Source: Chrysomallon squamiferum
Lineage: Eukaryota > Animalia > Mollusca
Assembly: GCA_012295275.1 (NCBI GenBank)
Contig: CM022673.1
Location: 4,464,001 to 4,528,000 of the forward strand
Reading direction: 5' to 3'
DNA length: 64,000 bases
Part shown: in pieces, positions 40,793-54,975 of the stretch
How positions within the stretch are numbered: position 1 is the first letter of the stretch
Layout of the letters: the number at the start of each line of letters is the position of its first letter
Made by a program: the position numbers and the translations under genes
The notes under the pieces: generated by a model
Told to the model about the DNA's origin: nothing
The model's database searches: none
Seen by the model: only the letters and a program-made list of their open reading frames with translations

Positions 40793-43413
40793 AAAAAAAT
40801 TAATGCCTGCTTTATCTCCAGTTAAACCTTTTTATTAGTTTCTTTAGACTTAACATACAGCTAAAACAAGATCTGATTAAAAACAAGTTTAAAAAAAATA
40901 AAATAAAATAATAATAAATAAACAGGCATATAAAATTAATCCCTCGGATTAAGAGAATTAGTCATTAATCATCTACTTAAGGTTTTAATCCTGCAGGCTT
41001 AACAAATGGATTTGGCCCTCTTGACAGATCAGTTGCAGTATGTTTGAATAAGACGAGGATTACCAGATGAGAAACCTGATCCCTTCAGATTTCATCCCAG
41101 CCTGAATAAACACACTTGTCAAAGTAAAATGAGAGAATAGTGTAAGGGAATATATAATTTTTATTATTTTATTTTATTTATTTATTTTTATTTTATTTTT
41201 ATTTTTTGCTAGGTGTTTATAAAATTATAAATAAAAATTGTCTATATCTATTATCATGCATAGATTGCTTAGACATAATATACATGTGCACATTTATACA
41301 TATAGATACATTAAAATATACATATGTTCAAACATACATACATACATACATGCCTACATATATACTCATGTATCTATTTTTGACTTCAGAAAAAAATATT
41401 GTTTGAGAAGAGAAAAGAAAAAATTAGAATGTAAAGAATTTTAAATATACATAAAATAAAATGAAAGTTTAAATAAATATTTTACATTTTTACGATCAAA
41501 GTTATTTAAATGAAAAACGAAACCATTAAAAAAAAGTCATATTTTGATGTTTTTATTTACCTTTCTCACATTTGATTTATTTAAACTTGGGGGGAAGGGA
41601 AGAGAAAGTAAATAAAAACATTTATCTGTCTTCACTTGAATGGAAATAAAAAAAAAAAAAAGTTGCATGTTGTGACTTTGAAATAAGATGAAACTGAAAG
41701 AAGATTTCAAAACTATCTGTCGCAGTGTGTTTGACATCATCAGCATTCATGTCACCATCAGTGCTGTAGTAGAAACAAATGAGAAGAGACAGGGGAATAT
41801 TGTAGTCAGCAACGGCAATATCTGTCACTGCAACTACACTAATACAATAATAGTCTCAAAATAACCAACTGCACACACCATCGATATGCATCATTTTGTG
41901 ACACAATAACATGCCGAAACAACATGGGAAATAATTTGTTAAAAAAAATTATTTTATTATTCAACAGATGTCTTTGAAAATATTTTCAATTTTAAACTGC
42001 ATGTTATTTCTATGAAATAATAATGTATAGAATTTCTGTTTTATCATTTGATGTATTGGACCGGGAAATAATTCCAGTTATATATTACGTGTCTGTCAGT
42101 GTGTGTGTGCATGTGTATTAATTTTAAGAAATAGCAAATCTGTTTTCATATTCTTTTTATAAATCATTTAATATATTTAATCATCAGAAAATATTTTACA
42201 ATTTTAAAATGTATGTGTTATTTTCCTTTTATTTAAAAAAAAAAAAAAAAATTAAATCATGTAATTGAATTAATCATGATAATTACTAAAGTGTAGGTCT
42301 TTGGTAAACATTGCTTAGAGCACACACAGAGTAATGAGGGTATTGATTGAAAGTGATTGAATTTTATGGAGACCTTGTTTGTGAATATTGCTGGAATGTG
42401 TCTGAGATGGTGGTGGGTGGATAAGATGGAAGCTGGTAGAGGGGAGTCTGAGTGTGTGGGTGGGTGGGTTTAATCATTGGAGGTATTTCACAACATACCA
42501 TTTTATTGCACATGTTGAATGTTGTTTTCGTAGAATAATCTTCATAGAAGTTTGAACTCAGTAAGGAAAAATGAGAAAAACATGTTTTTCTGTAACGTTA
42601 ATTATTAATGTATTTATGTCCATTTTCATTTATTTATTCATGCATTCAGTCATTCATTCATTCATCCATTTGTTTATTTATAATTTTATTTACATTTATT
42701 TATTTTATTTTATTTTATTTTATTTTATTTTATTTTATTTTTATTTTTATTTTTATTAGTTATTATTTTATAATTTTTTTTTTTTTTATTATTATTATTA
42801 TTTCTATTTTTTTTTCCCTTTATTATTTATTTATATTTTTTTAATTATTTATATCGTTTTCTAAATAAAACTGTTTTCTGAATCTATAGCAACTGAATAT
42901 TCACAATGTATTAAAATTAAATATCAAAACATGATTTATTACTGTGTCAAACATAGTGAAACATACTGAAACATGTTTATGATGTATTTTTTTATTACTG
43001 TGTAACACACAGTATTAATACATCTCTGTCTCTGATCATTCCCTGCAGGGGAAACAAGCTGAATGTCTCCCTGTAATTGCCAATTAGAAACTGCTAAATA
43101 TAATACTGTTTTTATCCTTCTATGAATAATATTTTACAATCACATCACCAATATATATGTATTTGTGCATGAATGGGTGCATTCATATGTGTTTGTGTGC
43201 CTCTGTGTGTTTGATATTATCACACTCTATCTTACCAATTGTTTGGATAAATGATTTTATGTGTGGCATTATCTCTTAATAAATGTGAGTTCTGTATATC
43301 TGAGTAGATCAATGATGCTGAATGTGTATATCTAGATCTCTTTGGTAAATAAACATTATATGTATGTGTTAGTTTCTTAATATTGATTTTTCTGTTTATC
43401 ACTGTTATGTATC

Positions 43414-43454
<41 letters not shown>

Positions 43455-44782
43455 TACCACCACCACTAATACTTTTTATAATTTTATTATAATTACTTGT
43501 GTTATTATTTTGTATGTAAATGTTGTAATTATTCTACTTCCATATTAATTTTTCATCTTTTCCCTCTTCTAATTTTCCTTCACACCTCTTCTGCTACACC
43601 ATCACACCTCCACCACCTCCACCACCTCCATCATCACCTTCAACACACACACACACACACACACACCAACAATAAATGTTTTTACTTTCCTTGACACCAC
43701 ATCACACTCTACAGCATTGTACAATCAAACACACAATGAAACAGAAAATCACATCACACTCGTGTCACCTTACTTGTCTCTACCTCATCAGCATCGTTAT
43801 TGAATATTCATTGTGCTGGCATCTCCATGTTGTTCGTCATGTTCTGAAACATCGGCCGCTACGTCAGGCAAACACGAGAATTTCTGAAAGATTTTCTCTT
43901 TCCTTATCCCAGTAAAAAAAAAAAAAAAAAAAAATGATGGTATGTATAAGCCCTGATAATTTGTTTATGCATCAAAGACAGCAATAACAGTGACAATCAA
44001 TAATAAATAAAAAAATAAAAATAGGTTTCGTGTTGTAAAGAAGAAAGCTTTAATTACAAATCTGCATTTATTCATCCATGTTCTATTGATTGGAAAGTAG
44101 TGAGACAGCAGCATGTGTAGGCATGAAGAGTAGAGACAGAGTAAGAAATCACAGACAGGTTTTGGTTTGTTGTGTGGAAGATTTCAAAACCATCTACAGA
44201 AATGTATTTTAATTACACACAATCATCCATATTCATTTGTGACAAAACTTCACTGATATTTCATTTAAAAAACAGCATAACAATCAACAACAATAAAAAA
44301 AAGGATAAATATGAAAACCTTCATGATCAAGTTATTTTATTATTATACTTTATTGTAGTCAAAGATTTAGTGTTTATAATGATGCAAAACAGTGTTGTTA
44401 AAAAATACTGATACTATTAAAGGTGCCCTGAAATAACCAGTGTTTGAATGTACACTGGGGCCAGCTAGTCTGGAGTCATATATAATTAATAATAAAATTG
44501 GAAACGAAAATGTTGCTATTGGTTGGTTCATTCTTAGAATTCCAACCACATTTTTCTAATAAAGTGTAATTTTAACTGGCTGAAAAAGAAACATTAATGA
44601 AGTAATATAATAATAACAGTAATAATAATAAAACTACTAATGCTAAAAAATAATAATAATAATAATAATAACTGTCTAATAATACTGTTTCAAAAGTTGT
44701 GTTTTTTTCCAGCCAAAACAAATCAATTGATTTGTATAAAAAAGAAATCGTTAAACAAATTGTTTTCACTGCTGTGTTTATT

Positions 44783-46020
44783 GTGTAGGAAATGATAGTA
44801 AATTTGTGGTGTTTTATATCTTTTTGTGAAGGAAATGATAGTAAATGTGTTGTTTTATATCTTTTTGTGAAGGAAATGATAGTAAATTTGTGGTGTTTTA
44901 TATCTTTTTGTGAAGGAAATGATAGTAAATTTGTGGTGTTTTATATCTTTTTGTGAAGGAAATGATAGTAAATGTGTTGTGTTTTATATCTTTTTCTGAA
45001 GGAAATGATAGTAAATGTGTGGTGTTTTATATCTTTTTGTGAAGGAAATGATAGTAAATGTGTGGTGTTTTATATCTTTTTGTGAAGGAAATGATAGTAA
45101 ATGTGTTGTGTTTTATATCTTTTTGTGAAGGAAATGATAGTAAATGTGTGTGGTGTTTTATATCTTTTTGTGAAGGAAATGATAGTAAATGTGTGGTGTT
45201 TTTATATTTTTTGTGTAGGAAATGATAGTAAATGTGTTGTGTTTTATATCTTTTTGTGAAGGAAATGATAGTAAATGTGTGGTGTTTTTATATCTTTTTG
45301 TGAAGGAAATGATAGTAAATGTGTTGTGTTTTATATCTTTTTGTGAAGGAAATGATAGTAAATGTGTGGTGTTTTATATCTTTTTTGTGAAGGAAATGAT
45401 AGTAAATGTGTTGTGTTTTATATCTTTTTGTGAAGGAAATGATAGTAAATGTGTGGTGTTTTATATCTTTTTGTGAAGGAAATGATAGTAAATGTGTTGT
45501 GTTTTATATCTTTTTGTGAAGGAAATGATAGTAAATGTGTGGTGTTTTATATCTTTTTGTGAAGGAAATGATAGTAAATGTGTGGTGTTTTATATCTTTT
45601 TGTGAAGGAAATGATAGTAAATGTGTGGTGTTTTATATCTTTTTGTGAAGGAAATGATAGTAAATGTGTGGTGTTTTATATCTTTTTGTGAAGGAAATGA
45701 TAGTAAATGTGTGGTGTTTTATATCTTTTTGTGAAGGAAATGATAGTAAATGTGTTGTGTTTTATATCTTTTTGTGAAGGAAATGATAGTAAATGTGTGG
45801 TGTTTTATATCTTTTTTGTGAAGGAAATGATAGTAAATGTGTGGTGTTTTATATCTTTTTGTGAAGGAAATGATAGTAAATGTGTGGAGTTTTATATCTT
45901 TTTGTGAAGGAAATGATAGTAAATTTGTAGTGTTTTATATCTTTTTGTGAAGGAAATGATAGTAAATGTGTGGTGTTTTATATCTTTTTGTGAAGGAAAT
46001 GATAGTAAATGTGTTGTGTG
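44783..46020. repeat. Homogeneous minisatellite/VNTR, 43-bp unit, about 29 copies
   Basis: Unit GGAAATGATAGTAAATGTGTGGTGTTTTATATCTTTTTGTGAA (for example starts at 45001, 45044, 45087), head-to-tail with no spacers. Confidence 0.97.
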
Positions 46021-46285
46021 GTTTTGGAGAAGAGAATCGTGCTCTGGCTTTTCTGAGATTTGATAGATTTCTAGTAAAATGTCCACTGCACACGTCTCTG
46101 CTGAATTTGCTGTAAAGTTTGTTTACTTCATGCTAAAAGAATATTGATCCTTATATGTTGTCATGGTATTTGGAATGATTAAAAGTTTAAAAAATGTTTG
46201 AGTATAACACTGTTACAAAAAGTAAAAAATATAATAAAAAAAAAAAAAAATTTCAATTTTAAAAAGATTTGTACATGTATACAAG

Positions 46286-46323
<38 letters not shown>

Positions 46324-49177
46324 TCATGCTCTCTCACTCACTCACACCCACACACAGAAATAATAAATCATATTTGATCAAGCCCATCTGGACCTCCACA
46401 ACAACAACATCAGTACTTCACACACTTTGTGCTGGAATTCCCTTTTGACTACAGATGTGTGATAAATGATCAAGAACTAACACAACAGTCAAGTCAGACA
46501 AATGGGTTAAATTAATAATTGTACACAAGTAGATAGGCCTGCCCACAAACAGATTCTAGTATAATCATGATGTGGATGATACAAAGATATGTAGATATAG
46601 AAACAGTTATAAATAAACATACATGGAGATTTTTGTTGAAAGATGCATGTAGTTATACAAACAGTTGTAACTATAAATGTAAATTGTCACAGAAAGATAC
46701 ATAGGTCCAGGCCTCCAGATACTGAGATAAATAGATAACAGCTTTCAGATATTAATCACATATATTCAGGCCTTTAGATTGATGCAAGTGTATGTTAAAA
46801 ATTATATAGGCCTAAAGAAAGATACAGATATACATGCAAATATGCGTAGACCTGCATATTCACAGACAAACAGATACAGGCATCCTGACTGAAAGAAATT
46901 AACCTATAACTTTCATAGGACTTCAAACTGATACAGATGCCTGTATATTGATATAAGCATACGTAAAAGTGTACATATGCCTTCATGCTGATATATAAAA
47001 ATACAGGCAGGGCTTTGGACATTCAGCGCTGCACAAAATGGTGTAACAAATGGATCTCATTGAGGAGATTAATACCGACGTCACTGATAACATCTCACTC
47101 ACAGATACAGAATATCTATGGTGTCCCACCGTCATTAGAAAATTAATATTTAATTTCTGAGAATGAAATGACTGGCTTGTTGACAGTGAAATGAAAGTAA
47201 GTGCTTTATCTGGTATGCCTTTTCGACTCTGTAATGATATCTAGATGTCTGAACCAAACAGAAGGTTCATTTCCGAGACTTTCTCTCCAGCGATCTCTTC
47301 CGAAATTGAACGTGATCAACATGGAAAGCACTCCTATCAGATTCTAACAGCAGATTTAACAAGAAGTCTCTGTGCAGAGTGATTGCAGTCGTCTTTGTAA
47401 TTAGAACAGAAACAGTCGAGAGATTCTGGAAGAAAAAGATTGTAGAGAGATGATAATTCCTTGAAGAAAATGTTTGAAAGAGATGGAAAATTCTGGAAGA
47501 AAAAGATTTAAGGAAATGAAAAAACTTACTGATATTGTAACTATTACTGTATGTAACACTCAAAATACAATAATAGTTTAATAAAATTAAATATATAGTA
47601 ATGGTTACAATATCAGTACATTTCAAGTACCATTGGGTTACAATATTAGTAAACCTAAAATATGATGGTTACAGTATTAATTAAATTTGAAATGCAGTAA
47701 CATTTACAGTAAAACTAAAAATATTGTAATGGTTACAAAATGAAATAAACTGAAAATTAGATTTGCATTTAATGATGCCATTTAAACATTCCACTCAAGT
47801 TGTATGTTCTTCCTTAAGAATGTCATATTGATCTGATCTCAACAGCACTATAGACCAATAAAATCTAATTTAACAAAACTAGCTGGCTGCATAAACCAAT
47901 CAAAATAAACAGGACAAATGGTGCAAAAACCCATGAAGCTAAATTGAAGAAAATTGTTGAAGTAAGCTGACAAACTCACATTTAATTTAAAAAAAACAAA
48001 ATCCAGTACAAATAAAATTGTTAAATGAACTGAAGCTGTTATTTTACTTTGTTAGTTTGAGTTATATAATAGTTTCTTTAAGTGTATTATTTCACCCAAA
48101 ACAGGAAAAATATAGAAGTAACAGAATGAATATAATAACTTTTTTCTTTTCCTTTCATTTATTTATTTATTTATTTGTTATTTGTATGTATGTATGTATT
48201 TGTGTGTGTATGTATATATGTATGTATTTGTGTGTGTATGTTTGTATGTATGTATATATATATATATGTTTTTATGTATGTATGTATGTATGTATGTATG
48301 TATTTGTAAATATCATTTAAAATATTTTCTTTCTGAATTATGATTTTCTTTTTTTTATCATCTTCTTTTTTCTTTTTTTACTTTAATCAGTAATAATTAT
48401 AATAATAATAATCAGAAAAATAATAATAATAAACTGTAATAGATATATTTCATTTTATTACCTTAAATACATGAAACTATAGCTTATTGCAGACATTTCA
48501 AGACGTCAGCAAATGTCATTTTAATTTAATTAAAGAAAAATGAAGAAATAGGTTTAAACGACACACAGTCAAACAATTTTTTTTTATTAAATGTTTTATT
48601 TCAGTATTATTACTTGTTCAAAATGTTAAGTACTAAAAATAAATTAAAAATGAAAATTTCTTTCTCTTTTTATATATATAAAAATAAAATTTAAATCAAT
48701 TTAAAAAAACAAAAACAAAGAAAAGAAAAAAAGTGATTATGTTCAGTATTTTCTATTTCTGTAACAATCATTTTACTTTTTTCCTTTAAGAATATTTTTG
48801 ATCTTCATTTTTCCATATCAATTAATGTAACAAAAAAGTGTATTTTTAGTCTAACAAAGACTAAATGAATAGAAATTATCACAAAAGATTGAACAAATAT
48901 TTCCATTCACCCAAAAGTAATGAATAATTAGTAAGTAATACATCTTCTAATAATAAAAAAACCCAGAATGAAAGACACAAAAGACAAAACAACACAAACC
49001 AAACAATTTCAAAGAGAAACCACAATGAGGTTTATTTTTTTAAATTTATTTTAATGTTTACAAGAAAATTATCATCTGTACTCTCTTATCTCTTTCTTTC
49101 TTTCTTTCTCTGTTCTAGGATCATCATTTTTATTTTGTCTCTCGGGAGTATTTGCCTTCTCTCCTTTTCTATTTCCT

Positions 49178-49310
49178 GTGTCTGTCTGTCTGTCTGTCTC
49201 TGTCTACCTGCCTGTCTGTCTGTCTGTCTGTCTGTCTGCCTGTCTCTCTTTTAACTCACTCCCTCCCTTTCTCTCACTTGTTTCTGTTTCTCTTATGTTT
49301 TTATTTGCCC

Positions 49311-49400
<90 letters not shown>

Positions 49401-49415
49401 GTCTGTCTGTCTGTC
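49178..49415. repeat. Compound microsatellite (GTCT)n ... (CT)n (GTCT)n
   Basis: Pure (CT)n at about 49319-49396, with a GTCT run upstream and another directly downstream. Confidence 0.95.
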
Positions 49416-49841
49416 TTTCTCTGGAATATTTCTCTTCTCTATTTTTGTATTGTTGTCTAATTATCTTTCTCCTCTCTCTATCCATCCATCTATATCTATC
49501 TGTCTATCTATCTGGGTGGGTGTTTTCACACATTAGGAATATTAATGATTTTTCATCTTCGTTTACTTAGATTCTGGCTAAATAAGCACTAACTGTGGTG
49601 GTCGTGACTGATTATATTAACATGGACGCTCTGATAAAACGACAACCAATCGCTGAATCTTGATGTTGCAGAAACATTTTTGAACTTTTGGCCTCCTATA
49701 ATAGACCCAGGTGCTAGGCAACAATATTTTTTATATTGCTTCTTCACCATTGTTGAGTTCAGAGATGACTGATTATGTCTGTTGAGTTGAAGAATTATTG
49801 AATATTTTCATGTCTTTAGGTGTACTGGGTTTTTGTCAGGA

Positions 49842-49905
<64 letters not shown>

Positions 49906-50016
49906 GTGTTGTGTGTGTGAGTGTGTGTGTCTATATATGTATGTAAGTTTGGGTGTATGTCTGTGAATATGAGTGTGTGTTAGTGTGTCTTCATGTTTAT
50001 ATGTGTGTGTGTGTTT

Positions 50017-50070
<54 letters not shown>

Positions 50071-51339
50071 AAGGAGAGTACGTAAGCTTATCAAATATGG
50101 GAAATCAGTGTTAAAACTAAAACTTTCTGAATGATTTTATTTCACATAAACCCTAAGCTAAAGTTAATATACATCACACCATTTTGTCTAATACCATTCA
50201 GTTAAATTTAATATGCTATATCACTTTATTTCATATATCTCAGCTACTAAAACTAAAACTATTAATATTCGTTGGATAATATCACTTCATAATAAAAAAA
50301 ACAATTAAATCTAATTTGTAGCAATTCATTTCATTTCATATAAAATATTAAAATTAAAACTAAAACTATTAATATGTTGGATATTGTCAGTTCATAAAAA
50401 CCATGGAGTTAAAACTAATTTGCAGTGAATTATTTCAATGTTTCATTATAAATTAAAAATGGTAAGTACATAAGTCTTCCTGATTGTTCGTTTTAAATGA
50501 AAAAAGATACAAAAACTGAATTAATTATTAAACCTGAGAGATCAGTTAATGTTATGTTCACTTAGTCTTCAGTGTTCAGTCAGAATCCTTTTGTCTAAAT
50601 ATAACTTGTTTACAGTTAATAGTGTATTGATTTTTCTCTTTCTCGTCGTTATTTTTATTTTTTGCCTTAAGGAAAATTTTCCTTCACAAATTGTTGTTTT
50701 CGTATAGTTTATCTTCTTTTTTTTTCTTTTTTTTTGTCAAGTTCAGTGTTATTGCTGGTCTGTTTTCATGTCTGTTGCAGTTTTTTAACAAATTAAATTA
50801 TTAATTAATATTTCGTTTAAAAAAAAAAATTAAATTATTTGTCGACATCTTATGTTTTTGCAGGAGAAAAAGACAATTAAGAAAAATAGTTTTGCTATTG
50901 TAATAATTTTTATTATTGTTTTTTGTTCATTTCTAAAATTGATTATTATTTTGTGATTTTTAGTTTTTAATTTTTACATTAATATCATTATTATTTTCAT
51001 TAAAATTAAAATAAAAAAAATTAAAAATAATTCAATATTGAATTGACAACCAGGGAGATAACTCTAACTAAAAGAAACAAAATTTAATACTTTTATTTTC
51101 TCGTTGGAAAAAATCAATGTAGCAAACTTGATTGACAGTTTAATTTAATCCTTGAAATTAAAAAAACCCAGCTTGTTTTGTATTTGTATAAATATTTTAC
51201 ATTGCTAGTTAATGAAGAAAAATTGATGTATAAAAGAATAATAAATAATAGATTTTTGCAAAATAGTTATTTCAGCTAATAAATAAATTATTTTGTAGAA
51301 AACAAATGAAAAAGGAAACTTTACTGAATTGGTCAGTTT

Positions 51340-51340
<1 letters not shown>

Positions 51341-51413
<73 letters not shown>
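51341..51413. repeat. (TAT)n microsatellite
   Basis: Pure trinucleotide run. Confidence 0.97.
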
Positions 51414-51829
51414 GTCTTTTTATTAAAAAAAATTTTATTATTATTACTTTATTAATTTATTTTTATGTCTTTTTAAATGAAAATTATTAAAATAGTTTAA
51501 TTATTCAGTTACATTAACTTTAACCAAAAATTGATAAAAAGTTTTATTTGGGTAAAAAAAATGATAATACAATGATAATTTTGAAAACTGTTTATTAAAA
51601 GTGTGTTGCAAAAACTCTGGAATTTAGTAATTTTTTTATTTACATTATTTTACTGAATTATAATTTATACTTAAACAGATGCATTCAAAACAAAAATTTT
51701 ATAACCACATAATATAAAACCTATTTTAAAAAATAAAAATTGAGATTTTATAATAGTTTTTTTTAGTTTCTTTCTTTTTGTTAAAATTATTTATCATCAT
51801 CAACCTCATCATTATATCTTTTGTTGTTA

Positions 51830-52350
51830 TTAGTCATCGTAGTATCATGATTACAGTTGTAGATGCAGTGGTAGTGATTATAGCTTTAACTGTAGTGATG
51901 ATAGGTTTTGTAGTATTTGTAACATAGTAATTCTAGCAGTAGTAGTTGCTGCACCACTTGTTATAGTAATATTTGGAGTGGCCCTTTCAATAGTTATGTT
52001 GATTGTAATGGTTCTTGTTGCAGTGTTGGCTGCAATGGATGGTACAGTGGTTATCTGGTTCTAGTAATGATGATCATGTGGTTGTTGTAATAGTGGTTAC
52101 AGTGGTTGTCATGGTTGTTGTAATAGTGCTTGTAGTGTTGTTGTTATGGCTGTTGTGGTTGTTGGTGTAGTACTAATGATATAATGGTAGTTGTAGTGCT
52201 TGTTGTGACATTGGTTGTAGTAGTTCTTACAGTAATTGTGATTGCAGAGTTTCCAATAAAGACGGTTGAAATGGTTGTCGTTACAGCTGTTGTAGTGATT
52301 GTTGCAGTAATAGTGACGTTGTAGTAGTCATAGCAGTAATAGGTCTTACA
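51830..52350. repeat. Decayed (GTT/GTA/GTG)n trinucleotide low-complexity tract
   Basis: Triplet periodicity with indels. The Thr-rich minus-strand frames shift and stop. Confidence 0.7.
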
Positions 52351-52590
52351 GTACTTTTGTGCTTGTTTTGAAAATATTGTTTTTACAGCTTCCTTTTTTC
52401 TCTCTTTGTTTATTTTTCATTATTCATCTTGTTATTTTGTATCCAGCAGCCATTAACCTGTGCTATGTGTGTAAACAATGTGTTGATTAATGACAGTACA
52501 ACATAACACTGTCTGCTGTATCCTGTATCACATTACATCCTGTGTGTTTGTGATTGATATCCAGTGTATAAACTGTGAAGACTGGGTAGA

Positions 52591-52810
52591 TAGGGTCAGT
52601 GGTTAGAGCAGCTGATGTTTGATGGGTCACAGGATCAACCCGTATGACTCTGCTGATTAAATAATTTCCGCTTCCAACTAGTGTTCTATAACTTTTTGAT
52701 CAAAGGTAAATTTGTAATGTGTGTGTGTGTGTGTGTGTGTTTCTCACACACACACACACACAAACACATACACATATTTTGTCAATATGAAGGGACAGTG
52801 GATTTCTCTA
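52591..52810 (+). mobile_element. Decayed tRNA-derived SINE 5' part, interrupted by (TG)n/(CA)n
   Basis: A-box-like TAGGGTCAGTGGTTAGAGCA at 52591 and B-box-like GGATCAACCC at about 52632, followed by TTCCAACTAGTG..ATCAAAGG as in the recalled gastropod SINE. Confidence 0.55.
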
Positions 52811-54279
52811 TTATGTCATTGTTATACAAATAACAATACCAGTAAATTATAACTAAACATAGCAGGTTTTTCTTATTGGTTTTGTATTTTGCATGTGTGG
52901 ATTTCTTTCCTTTCTTTCCTTTTTTTTTTGTTGGTTTTTTTTGAAAAAATGTTTCATTCAATTTCATTACTTTGAACAAAATCTAATTTCAGCAAAACCT
53001 GCATTATTTATTTAAAATGGAATATTTTAAGAGTCTTAGTAAAACCCAAAGAAAAATCAAGAAAAAAGTAAAGAAACAGGAACAGTAGGAAAGAGGGTAA
53101 AAATAGAAAGCCTGAGACTCTATGAATGATTCAATTTATTATATTTGAAATTTCATTTTTATTTCTTAACTTGTTAATTCTGTGCTACGCCATCACTGGG
53201 CACGCTCACTCCACACAGGAAGTGTTCCGGAACGGCACTTCCCAGAGCTCCCAAATCCGGAACCGTGATAGACCTAAATGATTTAAAATCGTATTTTAAC
53301 ATTAGCAGTTTTGGACCAGTCGGTAATGTACTCGTGTTTTACGACTCCAGTCTAAAAGGATGCAGGCCATTATGTTGGCTTACCATCTTATTATGTTAGT
53401 TAATGCTTCAGTAAGATTCCACAAGAGCCAGAATTGGAAATTTTGTTGCTCTGAAGAAAGAGATCCATTAGAAGTTAGTGGGTCATGAAATGTCTTTGAG
53501 TGCACATTGGAAATAGTCGATGGTGAACAGTCAAAAACTTTAAAAAAAAAAAAAAAAAAAATGTTTTTAATATGTGAAAGAAGAAAAAATGTCAGATGGC
53601 GAATAATTTTTATGGATATTTAAAAGGACAAGTACTGAAAAAGAATGTTCAGCAGAGTTTATTGAAGATGGTTAATAAACATTTCTTCAGCCATTTTTAT
53701 TTTTGTCTTACGTTTGGTAAAATTTCTGTATGTAATATGAAGCCAGACAAAGACAGTGCAATTTAATTTAATTACTTTGAATTATTTATTTATTTTCATA
53801 TATTATTATTATTTTTTTTTTTTTTTTTGTTATTACTTTTTATTATTATTTTTTTTTTTTGGAAAAGTGAATTTGTCACAGAACAGCAAAATAATTTTTT
53901 TTTTTTTTAAAGTGAAACTTAAAAACCCTAACAAAAAAAAAAAAACACTATTACACTGTTGCTATTGACAACACAATAATTAAACCGATCTAACAAACAT
54001 CACATAGATCATAACCTCCAATCAAATTAATCCTTTTGTGTCACAGCATTGAACTACCAATCAGTTGTGGCCTTTCATTAGCAGATTTCCAGTAACCACT
54101 GAGACCTATCTGTGAAACTATATACCAAACAACTAATACCATTAATCTTTCATGTTGACTGCCAGAGGGGATAAAAAAAAAAACTGTATTCCATCACCAA
54201 CAGTGAAATAATTTAAAAAAAGGGATCAACACAGAGCAGTTTAATCAGTTTCAGTGTTGATGTTATGTGATGATGTTTT

Positions 54280-54975
54280 TACTGTCAGATGGCCAACCAG
54301 ATAAATTTAGGAAAGAATAAATGTTTTTGTTATTGTAAGATGAATATTTAACATGTCCAATGGACACTGTTGTAAAAAGACAATTTTACTTATTCTATAC
54401 ACTAATTTAAGAAAAATCTGTATTTTGTTATCTACCATAGTTGTTATGAAATGATGATTATATCACCAGATTCTTTACATGGGCAATAACCAAATCCACG
54501 AAGAACAAATATTTTGTCATCTGCCACTGCTGTTTTGAAATGATTATTTTACAGTCAGATGCCAATCGAACTCATTTTCGTATCTGCCATTATGAAATGA
54601 GATTGCCAGTGACCCAATTTATAAAGAATAAATATTTTCTTATCCATTACAGTTGTTTTGAAACGGTAACTTTACCATCAGATGGCAGATTTATCTCATT
54701 TATAAAGAATTAATCTTTTGGTATCTGTCATTATGAAAATGTTTACCTCCAATAGCCTGTAAGCTAACTTGCAAAGAATTAATATTTTTATACCTTATAT
54801 TTTCACTGTTTTGAAATTATAATTTTTCCATTAGATTACCAATAAGCTTATTTACATTGAATTAATATTCTGACAGCTATTATTTTCATTGTTAAGAAAT
54901 TATAATATTTTTGTTTCAATAGATCACCAATAAGCTAACTTAGGAAGAATAAATATTCGGTATCAGCCATTTTCT
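54280..54975. repeat. Old degenerate tandem repeat (about 70-85 bp period)
   Basis: Recurring AAGAATAAATATTTT..TATC(T)GCCA..TT(A/T)TGAAAT and CAGAT motifs. Confidence 0.7.

Noticed and set aside
41850-41910. Partial resemblance to miR-153 (CATCATTTTGTGAC), a miRNA known from PTPRN/PTPRN2 introns
   Set aside because: The seed (TTGCATAG) is absent, the hairpin is poor, the mature-like match is antisense to the host, and vertebrate miR-153 lies in a 3' intron rather than intron 2.
44783-46020. CRISPR-like appearance of the 43-bp array and its ORFs (MIVNVLCFISFCEGNDSK...)
   Set aside because: The units are head-to-tail with no unique spacers, there are no cas genes, and the context is eukaryotic. 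The ORFs are by-products of the repeat.
51830-52350. Thr-rich mucin-like reading on the minus strand
   Set aside because: The frame shifts and stops repeatedly, which is explained by a decayed trinucleotide repeat.
52591-52660. tRNA gene
   Set aside because: Only degenerate A/B boxes are present, with no cloverleaf, and the sequence continues into SINE body.
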